Source: an uncultured delta proteobacterium (lineage in GTDB: Bacteria; Myxococcota_A; Polyangia; Polyangiales; Polyangiaceae). From it: 32,000 bases of DNA. Each line of letters starts with the position of its first letter. Position 1 is the first letter of the stretch. The translations under genes were made by a program, and so were the position numbers. The DNA lies in the NCBI GenBank assembly GCA_963710555.1, contig CAVQAT010000003.1, positions 77,672 to 109,671 of the forward strand, in the 5' to 3' direction. Of this stretch, positions 1 to 8,949 are shown piece after piece. The notes beneath the pieces were generated by a model. It did no database searches, had not been told where the DNA came from, and was given only the letters and a program-made list of their open reading frames with translations.

Positions 1-572
1 TTTGCCCAAATTTGCCGCGCCCGATCGTAGCCATCCTTGTGCCGATACGTAGCCACCGCGAGGCGCGCTCCGAACGCCGCACGAATGAAACGCAATTGAG
101 ATCCCAGCTCGGTCTCCTCAACTACCAGGCTGCGCGGATCTTGAGGCGCTACGAGCAGAGCAAATAGACCCTCGCTGCGCTCATCGAGCCAAGGGACTTC
201 GCAAACGCTCTTGCCCTTTTCCTGACCTTCATGGCTCTTCGTGAGTAGGCGACAGAGGTTCTCGTAACCGCGAATATCCTGAACAAGCAGAGCAAGACTG
301 AGGGTGGTGCCTTCTTCGGGCAACGGCGCCGCGACAAATGCCTCTTCATGAATCGGCCGCGCTCTCGCCAAAGTGAGCTCTGCCCCCACGATGAACTGCG
401 GACCGCCCGAACGAGCGACCTTCCACGCACGAACAGCACCGTACATGCCGTCGACATCACAGAGAACGAAGCCGCTCAGCCCTAAATGGCGCGCTCCCGC
501 GATCAACTCCTCTGGCTGAGAGGCGCCTCGCAAAAACGAAAAACAGGAACGACCGAGCAGTTCGACAAACAT
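1..572 (-). CDS. dnaE2: error-prone DNA polymerase DnaE2 (ImuC), N-terminal PHP-domain portion; the rest of the gene lies beyond the window start
   Basis: Absent from the ORF track because it runs off the window. My reverse-strand translation from the ATG (complement of 570-572) reads MFVELLGRSCFSFLRGASQPEELIAGARHLGLSGFVLCDVDGMYGAVRAWKVARSGGPQFIVGAELTL..., open to position 1. The S-x-FSFL-x-GAS-x-PEEL opening is the typical DnaE/DnaE2 PHP N-terminus. imuB and imuA lie on the same strand at 4.5-7 kb. Confidence 0.8.
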   Translation of the reverse strand, partial: MFVELLGRSCFSFLRGASQPEELIAGARHLGLSGFVLCDVDGMYGAVRAWKVARSGGPQFIVGAELTLARARPIHEEAFVAAPLPEEGTTLSLALLVQDIRGYENLCRLLTKSHEGQEKGKSVCEVPWLDERSEGLFALLVAPQDPRSLVVEETELGSQLRFIRAAFGARLAVATYRHKDGYDRARQIWA

Positions 573-602
573 CTCACCTGGGCACCGATACTGAACATAA
601 TA

Positions 603-1838
603 TCAGGCACCAGAGCTTCGGCAATGTTTGGCGGCTTCCTCCCGTAACCATTCAAGAATCGCGAGAGTTTCCTGGATCCGCTGCGGCCCTCGCCCACTTT
701 CAGTGGCCGGCACGTGTCGCATTTCGTGCCTGGTCACGATCTCTTCCATCGACCCCCAAGAACCAGACTCACGCGCTTCATCCAAGAACAGAGCCCAATC
801 ACAGTAGGCCCCCTTCAGTTGAAGTGGCTGGGTCTCAGAGAATCCTAACTCTTCCAAGATAGCTCCGCTCGACGCATTGAAGACCACCAGCTGATCCTCC
901 GGATGCAGCCAATCACGAAGCTGCCGGAGCGCCACACTCGGAGAAACAGAGCTGCGAGCCAGTTCAACTTCGCTGATGCAAAGCTGCTCAAGAAGTCGCG
1001 CAGGAGGTGTGCGTTCAGTGTGGAGCCAAGCCTGAAAGGGCGCATCTCCGTCGTTTTCGATCAGGCGCCGCGCCATGAGCAAGAGTGGTTCGCGCTCAGA
1101 GCGTTCACTGTTGAGCTTGCGGTCACGTGAAAAGCGGCTCGTCCCCTCACAATAGACGACTACCTGGCGCTGTGCTGCCGCAAGCAGCTGCTCGGGAAAA
1201 CGATGACTACGCGCCGTGCGCACCCGATGTCGCGTGCCTTCTTCATGAGGTTTTCGCGCCGCGACGTTGCGGTCAATCATGCGGCGAAAGGTGTCGCGCA
1301 AATACTCGATTCCAGGGGTTTCCGGCTCAAGAACCGAAAGCACATGGGCAACCGATTCGATCGTCGAAAGATAGTCTTCCTTGGGCTCCTGGCGAATGCG
1401 GTATTCGCTCGGCGCGGGCGGAGTGAAACGTACCCTGCGATACGAACGGAGTTTTTGCACGTCGCGCAGGAGAGTTTTGGCGTGGTGCCAGGTGCCGTCG
1501 AGAACAATCACTTCCTCGGGGTAATCCTCAGGAGCCAGCTCTTCGAGCGCCTCGGCATCCGCACTGGGATAAAGAATTGCGGCTCGGGGACTCACCTTGA
1601 TTTTTTGGAGGGCGCTCCCCACGTGAGCCGGCGCGCTCCGTACTACCTCACCGCGACTCAGGCTCATCTCCGCAATCCTGGCAGTGTTCAGCGGGTGAAA
1701 CTGCTCCCGCGGATGCTGCACGATGACAATGCGCGTCCGATTGTTCACGGAACGGATGTCCGCACAGTAACAAAGCGCCTCCGGCCGAAAGCATGCGTAG
1801 CAAGTCGCTCTTGGCTGGATCAGATCGGTTTCGTTCAT
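603..1838 (-). CDS. DTW-domain protein (TapT/YfiP-like tRNA aminocarboxypropyltransferase family) fused to a ~200-aa C-terminal domain of unclear function
   Basis: 411-aa ORF. The N-terminal half has the Cys cluster CYACFRPEALCYC, the motif IVIVQHPRE and the eponymous LDGTWHHAK (DTW) motif. The C-terminal half (from about residue 215) is not part of a normal ~230-aa DTW protein. Confidence 0.75.
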   Translation of the reverse strand: MNETDLIQPRATCYACFRPEALCYCADIRSVNNRTRIVIVQHPREQFHPLNTARIAEMSLSRGEVVRSAPAHVGSALQKIKVSPRAAILYPSADAEALEELAPEDYPEEVIVLDGTWHHAKTLLRDVQKLRSYRRVRFTPPAPSEYRIRQEPKEDYLSTIESVAHVLSVLEPETPGIEYLRDTFRRMIDRNVAARKPHEEGTRHRVRTARSHRFPEQLLAAAQRQVVVYCEGTSRFSRDRKLNSERSEREPLLLMARRLIENDGDAPFQAWLHTERTPPARLLEQLCISEVELARSSVSPSVALRQLRDWLHPEDQLVVFNASSGAILEELGFSETQPLQLKGAYCDWALFLDEARESGSWGSMEEIVTRHEMRHVPATESGRGPQRIQETLAILEWLREEAAKHCRSSGA

Positions 1839-2024
1839 GCGCTCAAAAAGAAGTACTTGGATAAGTTGATCAGGTCCCCAAAAGTGCTTCCCACCCGGGG
1901 TCGACGGTCAAAGCAGACAAATCACTGCTCTGCCAGGAAAAAGGGCTCGCGAGTGGTGCTCCCCGGGACCATTCGAGCGTGTTTCCAGGTTGCTTCGGAG
2001 CGGCGAATCGGGACACTCTCCGCC

Positions 2025-3728
2025 ATGCTCAGAATCAAGGCACGTCGTCTGCTCTCAGGCGCTGTTCTCCCCTTCATCCTCTGTACCGCTCCCGTTTTCG
2101 CTCAGGACATCGACGATGATGAGGATCTCCCGGTAGAGGATGACGAACCCGAAGAAGAGCCCGGCGACGAACCCGAAGAAGACGATTCTGAAGAAGACGA
2201 AGGCGACTCAGAGTCCGACGAGGAAGAAGAAGAAGTCGTAGACACGGAAGAGGTAGACGATTCTGCTGAGGTCGAGGAAGAAGAGCTCAGCGATTCATCC
2301 GAGGAGGAAGACACGGAAGAAGTGACTCCAGCGGATGAAAAACCGAAAAAGGCCGTCGTCGTGGCACCCAAGAAGCCACCGACTCCGGTGATCATCGACG
2401 AAGAAGAAAGTCCCGAGCCAAACGAGCACGCCCAGCTGCTTGAGACCGAAGAGGCCGCGGCCGCGGCTCTGACCGATCTTCCCGACGACTCTCCATCACT
2501 CCTTCCACTCACCCTGAGTACCTCGACCTGGAGTCGCTTCGAGGTGCGCGAAAATTACGACAAGCTGGGAGTGTCCCAGGGCCGCTTTCAAGAAGGAGAT
2601 CAAGTGGTCTTCCGCGCACGACTCGGCATCGAGACGAACCCCATCGCGCTCACGGATAGTAGCGATGTGCTTGTGAAGTTTGCGCCTCAGGCGAGCGGAA
2701 ACTGGGGCCAAAATGGTTCAGTGGGCGAAGCAAACCTCGGGATCTACGAGGGATACTTCAAGATCCGCACAGACCGACTTGATACCCAATTGGGTCGCAT
2801 GAGGATGAACTACGGGGACGCCCTCGTGATTGGCGATCTTGATTGGAACGAAAAGGGCCGAGCCTTCGACGCTCTGCGCTTTCACTACAAAATGGAGCGA
2901 GGCTACCTCGACCTCTTTGGCGCACAAATTCACGAAGCGCATCCGCAGGGAGCCGACCGGTTTCTCGGTGGTGATGGCTACTTTTGGGGCGCCTATGCGG
3001 GGTTCGGTGAGTACCTCGCCCCGGGACTTGAATTCGATGCCTACTTCCTCGGACTGTCTCAGGTGGGACAAGATGACGGCGTCGTCGACGGAACGAACTT
3101 CACTCTTGAAAGCTCGAATCTTTTCACCCTGGGAGCGCGCATCAAGCAGAAGATCTCAAGCTTCGATTATCGCTTAGAAGCGGGAGTTCAGGTGGGGCAA
3201 TCGGGCGGCTTACCCCAGAGCGCGGCGAATGTGCCTGCCAGCGGCGACATCGAATCGCGCGCAGCTTTCGCCTACCAGGCAGACGGCGAAGTCGGCCTCA
3301 CTTTCGGTTCGCGCACTCACCTCTCACTGGGTGGAGTGATCGCCTCAGGCGACAACCCAGACACCGGGGATACGAACGAAGGCTGGAATCAGCTGTTTCC
3401 GACAGGCCACAAGTTCTTGGGTTTGATGGATGTCATTGGGGCACGCACCAATGTGCTCAGCGGGAACGTCAAGGTGTCGCAAAGTTTGACGGATTCTCTC
3501 AGCGCCAAGGTGGACGGCCACGTGTTTGCACGAGTGGAAGCCGGTGGAGCAGGAAACGTGGCTGGTCCGGGATTTGCCGGAACTGAAGTGGATGCTCAGC
3601 TGATGCAAAACATCGGAAAATACGTGCAAATTCGTGGACTTTACGGGCTTTTCATTCCCGCTTCGGGTCATTACGCCTCGGACGATCTCGCCCATTATTG
3701 TGAAGTGCAGGCCGGCTTCGATTACTGA
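2025..3728 (+). CDS. secreted outer-membrane beta-barrel protein (alginate-export/porin-like) with a hyper-acidic N-terminal region
   Basis: The track ORF 1203..3728 is trimmed to the in-frame ATG at 2025. The upstream part is antisense to the DTW gene. MLRIKARRLLSGAVLPFILCTAPVFAQD is a signal peptide. About 120 aa of D/E-rich low complexity follow. The rest has alternating beta-strand-like segments (LGRMRMNYGDALVIGDLDWNEKGRAFDALRFHY) and an aromatic C-terminal end (VQAGFDY), typical of OM barrels. Confidence 0.6.
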   Translation: MLRIKARRLLSGAVLPFILCTAPVFAQDIDDDEDLPVEDDEPEEEPGDEPEEDDSEEDEGDSESDEEEEEVVDTEEVDDSAEVEEEELSDSSEEEDTEEVTPADEKPKKAVVVAPKKPPTPVIIDEEESPEPNEHAQLLETEEAAAAALTDLPDDSPSLLPLTLSTSTWSRFEVRENYDKLGVSQGRFQEGDQVVFRARLGIETNPIALTDSSDVLVKFAPQASGNWGQNGSVGEANLGIYEGYFKIRTDRLDTQLGRMRMNYGDALVIGDLDWNEKGRAFDALRFHYKMERGYLDLFGAQIHEAHPQGADRFLGGDGYFWGAYAGFGEYLAPGLEFDAYFLGLSQVGQDDGVVDGTNFTLESSNLFTLGARIKQKISSFDYRLEAGVQVGQSGGLPQSAANVPASGDIESRAAFAYQADGEVGLTFGSRTHLSLGGVIASGDNPDTGDTNEGWNQLFPTGHKFLGLMDVIGARTNVLSGNVKVSQSLTDSLSAKVDGHVFARVEAGGAGNVAGPGFAGTEVDAQLMQNIGKYVQIRGLYGLFIPASGHYASDDLAHYCEVQAGFDY

Positions 3729-3762
3729 AACGTCGCTAGTTGGGGCTCTGAGCACGTCTCAT

Positions 3763-4479
3763 TCAAGCCGAGCGTTCCTCAAGTTGCTTCGCGAGCAAAT
3801 CAAATACGTGTTCGCGAAGCTCCTGTGAGCTCTCGTAGTGAGCGGGATCGATCGGCGGCAGGATCTCCACCGTAACGGTGCGTCCTCGATGAACCTCAAA
3901 CTCACCTGAGCGATGCACCTCGATGGCTCCTCGGATCACCACAGGCAGAACGGAGAACTTCATCGTGCGCGCGATCTCAAAGGCTCCTCTCTTGAAGGGA
4001 CCAAGCTTGCCATCCTTGGTCCGAGTTCCCTCCGGCGCGATGTAGAGGCTGATCCCGTCACGCTCCATTTGAGCGGCAGCGCCCCCCAATGCTTCATACG
4101 CGAGTTTGCGATTGCTGCGATCGAGCTTGACGAATCCAGCAGCAAGCATGGCATTGCCCCAAATGGGCGTTTTGAAGAGTTCCTTTTTCGCGGCCATGCG
4201 CACAGAGAGAGGAAGTGCACGAAATAAGATCGGAATGTCGTAGAGCGACTGATGATTGCTCACAACAATGAAGGGCCCCGTGTTCAGCTCGATGTGTTCA
4301 ACTCCGGAGACCTGGAGATCCACTTGAGCTTGGCTCAAGAGTTTCCCCGCCCAACTTCGCAATCGTCGATCGCCGTCCTGGATCGTAAACGTCCCCCAAC
4401 GCGCTTTGAACACTGCTGGGATACTGATTGCGAGAGTTTCCCAGATTACTTTAATGAAGAGACCAATCGGGAGCGCCAC
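3763..4479 (-). CDS. plsC: 1-acyl-sn-glycerol-3-phosphate acyltransferase (lysophospholipid acyltransferase)
   Basis: 238 aa with the acyltransferase HX4D block (VSNHQSLYDIPIL) and the APEGTRT block, plus an N-terminal hydrophobic segment. Confidence 0.85.
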   Translation of the reverse strand: MALPIGLFIKVIWETLAISIPAVFKARWGTFTIQDGDRRLRSWAGKLLSQAQVDLQVSGVEHIELNTGPFIVVSNHQSLYDIPILFRALPLSVRMAAKKELFKTPIWGNAMLAAGFVKLDRSNRKLAYEALGGAAAQMERDGISLYIAPEGTRTKDGKLGPFKRGAFEIARTMKFSVLPVVIRGAIEVHRSGEFEVHRGRTVTVEILPPIDPAHYESSQELREHVFDLLAKQLEERSA

Positions 4480-4557
4480 AAAATCGATTGTTGTCTGTTG
4501 CTGTTCTGCTGGCTAGTGAGCAGTAGCGTTATTCAACCAGAGACTACGTTTATTCGA

Positions 4558-6195
4558 CTAATCACCGAGTGCCTGCAGATAAACGCATTTGCTGTGACGG
4601 TCGAGATACAGAAGTGCCTCGGTGCCTCCGCGCAGCGAACTGAGCCACGCCCATAAGTAATCGCGACTCGCCGCCTGGGCTGTCCACCACTCCACACCGT
4701 CCAATCGCTGTAAAAAACGCAGTTCTTCGATCGTGTAAAGTTCAGTCCCCAAACCAAAGCTTTCTCCAATGCGTAAAGCTGCCCGAATGGGTTGCGGGTG
4801 CGGTAAAATTCGAGTGATGCGATCCATCGCTGGACAAGTGGTTTGAGTTCCTGAGCTCAGCTTCTTTTGACGAGAACGCTTTTTTGTCGGAACCAGTGGC
4901 TCTAATACCGAGCGCTTCTCGGGACGGTGACTGCGAGCCACTGTTAAAACACCGACTTGCTCTGCTCCTACATCCGCCGAAATCTCAGCCAGCAAGACCG
5001 GCAATTCCTGATGATGAGCACCACCGCGGCTCCAAGCCCCGGCCCCTGGAGCAGAAAGCCCCACCTGACTCATCACTTGCGGACTGAGAGAGCGCACCTG
5101 CAATCGAAGCCCAACTGTCGGCGCCGAAAGCTCCAAGCGCTCAATGCGACTTTTGATCACTCGCTCCAAATCGCTTTCGCGATAGAGAGGCGAAGCGAGT
5201 TCAAAGGAAATCACGGTTTGACTGAGTACCCCACGATGCCGAGCAATGGCTCGATCATGCTCAAGCTCCACTTCAAGAAGCGAAGCGGCTTCCCCTCGCC
5301 CATGAAGACGCGCACTGATTTTAGCCACCAGGCCACGAAGCGCGAAGAGGAGCGGCGAGGTTCCCTCTGCTGGTTCGTCCCATTCTAGTTCTTCGCTGAG
5401 AAATTGTGGAAAAAGACCAGGTACCAACGGTTTTCGATCGATCCCCTGCGCCAGCTCAAGCACCTGAAGCGCCCGATCACCCAAACGGGCCGAGGCTGTT
5501 TTTGCCGGCAAATCGTTGACCTGCCCTACTGTAAATAAGCCCAGACGCCCCAGCCATGCGATCTTCTCAGCATCAAGAGGTAAGGCGGAGAGAGGCAAAT
5601 CACTCATCTCATGAGCAGCGTTTTTCACAATCGCCGACTTGGTCTTGCCTCCCCAACGAGCAACGGCTTGGGCGATCTGTGGCCCAGAAGCCACCACCAC
5701 TCGCACGACATGCCCGAGGAGCCGCACTTGTTCATGAAGTTCGTCAGCCAGAGCTTGTTCACCACCAAACAAATGAGCCACGCCAGTGATGTCAAGCCAA
5801 ACTGTGTCGGGGCAAATCCAAGACACAGTCGTTCCGTAGCGACTGGCGACCTCAGCAATGGCAATGAGACGCTCTTCGACTTCTCGCTTTTCAATCGTCT
5901 CCACCCGCAAACGCGCCAATAAAGCGCAGGCTTCCGTAGGCGTTTGCCCAGCCCTCACCCCTGCTTTTTCTGCCTGAAGGCAAACCGCACTGAGTCGATC
6001 GGTAGGCTTCAGGCTGCGCGCTTCTGAGCTACCGGTCACCGTCTCCAACAAGACAACACCCAATGGTCTCGGCTGCTTTTGATCCAAGCTCAAGCGTGGA
6101 CCTTGAACCATCTCCGTCAGTAAACGCGGCAATAAGATGGCTAAAATTCGTCTCCCCTCAAAAGCAGGCGCTTTTGGGGCAGCATCATGAAGCAT
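4558..6195 (-). CDS. imuB: ImuB, Y-family-polymerase-like subunit of the ImuA-ImuB-DnaE2 mutasome
   Basis: The track ORF is 4558..6273. The likely start is the internal Met (MLHDAAPKAPAFEGRRILAILLPRL) at 6195, which overlaps the imuA stop by 11 nt. It has a Y-family-like N-terminal region (ILAILLPRL..., WLDITGVAHLFGGE) and sits directly downstream of imuA. Confidence 0.8.
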   Translation of the reverse strand: MLHDAAPKAPAFEGRRILAILLPRLLTEMVQGPRLSLDQKQPRPLGVVLLETVTGSSEARSLKPTDRLSAVCLQAEKAGVRAGQTPTEACALLARLRVETIEKREVEERLIAIAEVASRYGTTVSWICPDTVWLDITGVAHLFGGEQALADELHEQVRLLGHVVRVVVASGPQIAQAVARWGGKTKSAIVKNAAHEMSDLPLSALPLDAEKIAWLGRLGLFTVGQVNDLPAKTASARLGDRALQVLELAQGIDRKPLVPGLFPQFLSEELEWDEPAEGTSPLLFALRGLVAKISARLHGRGEAASLLEVELEHDRAIARHRGVLSQTVISFELASPLYRESDLERVIKSRIERLELSAPTVGLRLQVRSLSPQVMSQVGLSAPGAGAWSRGGAHHQELPVLLAEISADVGAEQVGVLTVARSHRPEKRSVLEPLVPTKKRSRQKKLSSGTQTTCPAMDRITRILPHPQPIRAALRIGESFGLGTELYTIEELRFLQRLDGVEWWTAQAASRDYLWAWLSSLRGGTEALLYLDRHSKCVYLQALGD

Positions 6196-6991
6196 GGCAC
6201 ACCTGGGCAACCGCCTCGCGCGACCAACGTACCTTCGCAGGAGCGCCCCAAGCACCCCGCGTACTCTTCGCAAGACTCACATCAAGCTCAGAAGCTGAAC
6301 GGCGAACGACTTCAAATCGCTGCGCCACGGGGAGCGGTAATGGACGTCGCGCATTTTTATCAGTCAACAAGACAACTGAATTTTCGCCCCCCTCCAGAGA
6401 GAGAGAGAGACGGCGCACCACCCTCACCCACGCCGCCAACGAGATATCCACAGAAGCTCCAGGCACCCCCATGGTATCAATCACAACCACGGGGAATACC
6501 TTTGACTCGACCAAACGAAGAGCCACCCGACTTAAGGACTCTTCATCCGGACGCACCACGAGCAATCGAGAAAGATCTACCCCCGCAGCTTGAACCCCTG
6601 GAGCATAAAGTGACGCACTCGGGTCCACGAAGGCGCACCAAGCTTTTTCACCGCGCAACGAGAGAGCTTCTTGCTGAGCAAACTGACAAGCCCGCAGAGC
6701 AATCGATGTTCCTAAGGCGACTCCACCGTCACAACTCAGTTCGACAACGGCTCCACGCTGAAACTTGCCCTCCAAGAGCTGCGCCTTCCAATGACCGCCA
6801 GTTTCATTCCCTGCAGTCGAAGGCAAACCTGCGGTCGAGGAAAAGCCTGCGGTCGAAGGCAGCTCAAACGCGGCACCTGCGGTCAGGGCTGCACCAGTTG
6901 TTAAGGCCAACGAGTGGTTGGATAGCCTTAACATGCCGCTTTTGCGGAGTTCAGCGGGGATTCTTTCCAGAAGGTGGGCCGGAAGCGTCAT
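6185..6991 (-). CDS. imuA: ImuA-like (RecA/SulA-fold) translesion-synthesis accessory protein
   Basis: The track ORF extends to 7168. I prefer the Met at 6991 (MTLPAHLLERIP...) or at 6934, because a LexA-box-like site sits at 6995-7011. The core GAVVELSCDGGVALGTSIALRACQFAQQ...AFVDPSASLYAPGVQAAGVDLSRLLVVRP resembles the ImuA/SulA RecA-like fold. The gene overlaps the imuB start. The start codon is uncertain. Confidence 0.6.
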   Translation of the reverse strand: MTLPAHLLERIPAELRKSGMLRLSNHSLALTTGAALTAGAAFELPSTAGFSSTAGLPSTAGNETGGHWKAQLLEGKFQRGAVVELSCDGGVALGTSIALRACQFAQQEALSLRGEKAWCAFVDPSASLYAPGVQAAGVDLSRLLVVRPDEESLSRVALRLVESKVFPVVVIDTMGVPGASVDISLAAWVRVVRRLSLSLEGGENSVVLLTDKNARRPLPLPVAQRFEVVRRSASELDVSLAKSTRGAWGAPAKVRWSREAVAQVCHAS

Positions 6992-6994
6992 AAC

Positions 6995-7011
6995 ACTGAA
7001 CAAGTTAGCAG
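6995..7011 (-). promoter_or_regulatory. candidate LexA operator (Myxococcus-type SOS box) upstream of imuA-imuB
   Basis: The minus strand reads CTGCTAACTTGTTCAGT. It matches 15 of 17 positions of the Myxococcus xanthus LexA box CTRHAMRYBYGTTCAGS as I recall it. It sits at the 5' end of an SOS-type mutagenesis operon. Confidence 0.4.
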
Positions 7012-7247
7012 CACTCATTCGTCCTGCTAGAGGGTCAGAGCCAACCCGTGATCTTGAATGTCCTACCTCGAGAACATTTGCTTTCCATTTCGAGCGGTTA
7101 GTCAAACTAGACCTCATGGAAAGAAACTCGCACCGCCCAGAACCGCCTGTCGGAAAAAGACTGTTCAAGGGCCACGACCAAGCTCCGTTCTACTCACTTA
7201 GATAGTGAGACCAGTGCAATGAAACTCAGCCTATAAGCCCTTCTTGT

Positions 7248-7270
7248 AGGGGTGCGGACTCCGCACCCCT
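7248..7270. terminator. perfect 10-bp GC-rich hairpin between the convergently ending regions of imuA upstream DNA and the reductase gene
   Basis: AGGGGTGCGG-ACT-CCGCACCCCT is a perfect inverted repeat. There is no clear U-tract on either strand, so terminator function is uncertain. It lies 130 nt downstream of the 7400..8017 gene. Confidence 0.3.
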
Positions 7271-7399
7271 CGTCGTCGGGAGTGAATCCCTCCTCCTCAC
7301 CCCACTGTCCGGCTGCGCTCCTCTCGGCGCTGGTCGCTCAAGTGCGGTGCTGAGGCCGCCTCGAAGCTCGGCTTTCAGGGAGTGCGCGGCCGGGTGCGG

Positions 7400-8017
7400 C
7401 TAGTCTCTCACGAGGCGAAAGGCGATCTCTCTTGAGCCGACGCGCGCTGCGGTTTTGATCCAGAGAAGTGTCAGCGGCTCGAGCAATCGGGCAGTCTCTA
7501 GACTTGGGTAAGTGACGACGTCGTAGCCGAGATCCTCGGCCAGGCTCTTTCCTACCTCTAGCGCCTCTTGGTCGTCCGAGCACACGGGCATGAACGCAGC
7601 CCCTTCGGAGCGTTTAGGCTTGCGCATGACCTCGACGCCGTTGGTGTTGAACACTTTCACAACCCTGGCCGATGGCGCCCAGCGAGCGACCTGTTCCGCA
7701 CCTGAATCGGTGTGACCGTGGGTGAGCGAAAAGCCTGGTCCGACCGGATTCGTCACATCAACAAGAACTTTTCCCTGAAGCTCACCAAGCGATGTGAGAA
7801 CTTCTTCGGCGACGCTCCACGGAACCGTGAGGAACACCACGTCTGCCGTAGCGGCAGCCGACGACATATGGTCGAGCACTGCACCTGATGCCAAGAGCTC
7901 TGGCGTGAAGTCACCCTCCGGATCTCGCACGCCGTACACCACCTCGTGCCCCACTGACAGAAGGCCTTGTCCCAAGGCTGTACCGACATTTCCCGCACCG
8001 ATAATCGCAATCTTCAT
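7400..8017 (-). CDS. NADPH-dependent F420 reductase-like / NAD(P)-binding oxidoreductase (COG2085-type)
   Basis: 205 aa with an N-terminal Rossmann motif, MKIAIIGAGNVGTALGQGL. Length and layout are typical of NpdG-like dinucleotide-binding reductases. Confidence 0.75.
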   Translation of the reverse strand: MKIAIIGAGNVGTALGQGLLSVGHEVVYGVRDPEGDFTPELLASGAVLDHMSSAAATADVVFLTVPWSVAEEVLTSLGELQGKVLVDVTNPVGPGFSLTHGHTDSGAEQVARWAPSARVVKVFNTNGVEVMRKPKRSEGAAFMPVCSDDQEALEVGKSLAEDLGYDVVTYPSLETARLLEPLTLLWIKTAARVGSREIAFRLVRD

Positions 8018-8068
8018 CTTGTTTCTCCTTCAATTGTCCCAAAACACCCCAGATCTCATGCGCATTTC

Positions 8069-8815
8069 TCAGCGCCCTAAAGCGGCCAAAACTTCCTCGG
8101 CCGCAGCAGCGCCCGAGTATTGTTGCTGGCCAGTGATCAACAGGCCGTCACGCAGCGCGAAAGGTCGAAAAGGCTGGTCGACCACGAAATTCGATTGTTC
8201 TATCTTGCGAGCAGACTCCTCGATCCAGAAGGGCTGCATCTTCTGCCCCACAAACTGATCCGCCAACTTCTCCTCTGCGTCGGCGAAACCCGTCCAGCTC
8301 TTTCCTTGAACGAGTAAATCGCCCGAAGAGAGCCTCGTCTCTAAAAGAAGGCAGGTCGCATGACAGACAAGCGTGGTGATTTTTCCCGCCTCGTAGAACG
8401 CGGCGACGAGCTGCTGGAGACTCTCATGACCAGGAAACGTCACCATGGGTGACTGCCCGCCCGCGATATAGAGCACGTCGTACGAGTCGACATTCACGTC
8501 CTCAATTGACTTGGTGTCGGTCAGTAACGCCATATGGTCAGGCGAGTGTTTGAACCCAAGCGACAGAATGTCAGATCTTGAATATCCACTGGGGTCCTCA
8601 GGATCTGAGTAACCGTCAGCACGAAGAGCCCCACCAGAGGGACTTCGGATCTCAATCTCGTAGCCAGCTTCAGCAAAGGTCCAGTACGGATGAGTCAGTT
8701 CGGCCCACCAGAAGCCTACGGGCCAACCAGTCGTTGGCGAGGTGCTCGGGTTGGCGGCGATCATCAACACGCGCTTCTTCTTTTCGGGGTTGGTCAGGTT
8801 CGCATTGGCAGACAT
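8069..8815 (-). CDS. DJ-1/PfpI family (type 1 glutamine amidotransferase-like) protein
   Basis: 248 aa. RVLMIAANPS...GFWWAELTHPY...LYIAGGQSP...LVCHATCLL (nucleophile-elbow Cys) fits the DJ-1/ThiJ/PfpI pattern. Confidence 0.75.
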   Translation of the reverse strand: MSANANLTNPEKKKRVLMIAANPSTSPTTGWPVGFWWAELTHPYWTFAEAGYEIEIRSPSGGALRADGYSDPEDPSGYSRSDILSLGFKHSPDHMALLTDTKSIEDVNVDSYDVLYIAGGQSPMVTFPGHESLQQLVAAFYEAGKITTLVCHATCLLLETRLSSGDLLVQGKSWTGFADAEEKLADQFVGQKMQPFWIEESARKIEQSNFVVDQPFRPFALRDGLLITGQQQYSGAAAAEEVLAALGR

Positions 8816-8949
8816 AGCTTTTCTCCGGGTTCTTCCTGGAAAGAGTTCTGACGTCTGAATCTAGTTAAGACAATTCGATTCTTTTGACACTATCATTCCA
8901 AAAATTAGAACACTAATTCGACCTCGTCCGCGAAGCGTCCCCAATCTGC

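Noticed and set aside
1203-2024. N-terminal 274 codons of the track ORF 1203..3728 (841 aa)
   Set aside because: This part is antisense to the well-supported DTW gene and has R/A-rich composition. A signal peptide begins exactly at the in-frame ATG at 2025, so only 2025..3728 is called.
2102-2512. 136-aa poly-Ser ORF on the minus strand
   Set aside because: It is the mirror image of the GAA/GAC-rich acidic tract of the plus-strand porin-like gene, so it is a low-complexity artefact.
6063-6993. Plus-strand ORFs 6063..6593 and 6187..6993 (176 and 268 aa)
   Set aside because: They are antisense to imuB and imuA, have P/R/S/T-rich composition, and carry no recognisable motifs.
7338-7583. 81-aa R-rich minus-strand ORF overlapping the 3' end of the reductase gene
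   Set aside because: It is an alternative frame of a well-supported gene and runs into intergenic DNA, with arginine-rich composition typical of off-frame GC-rich sequence.
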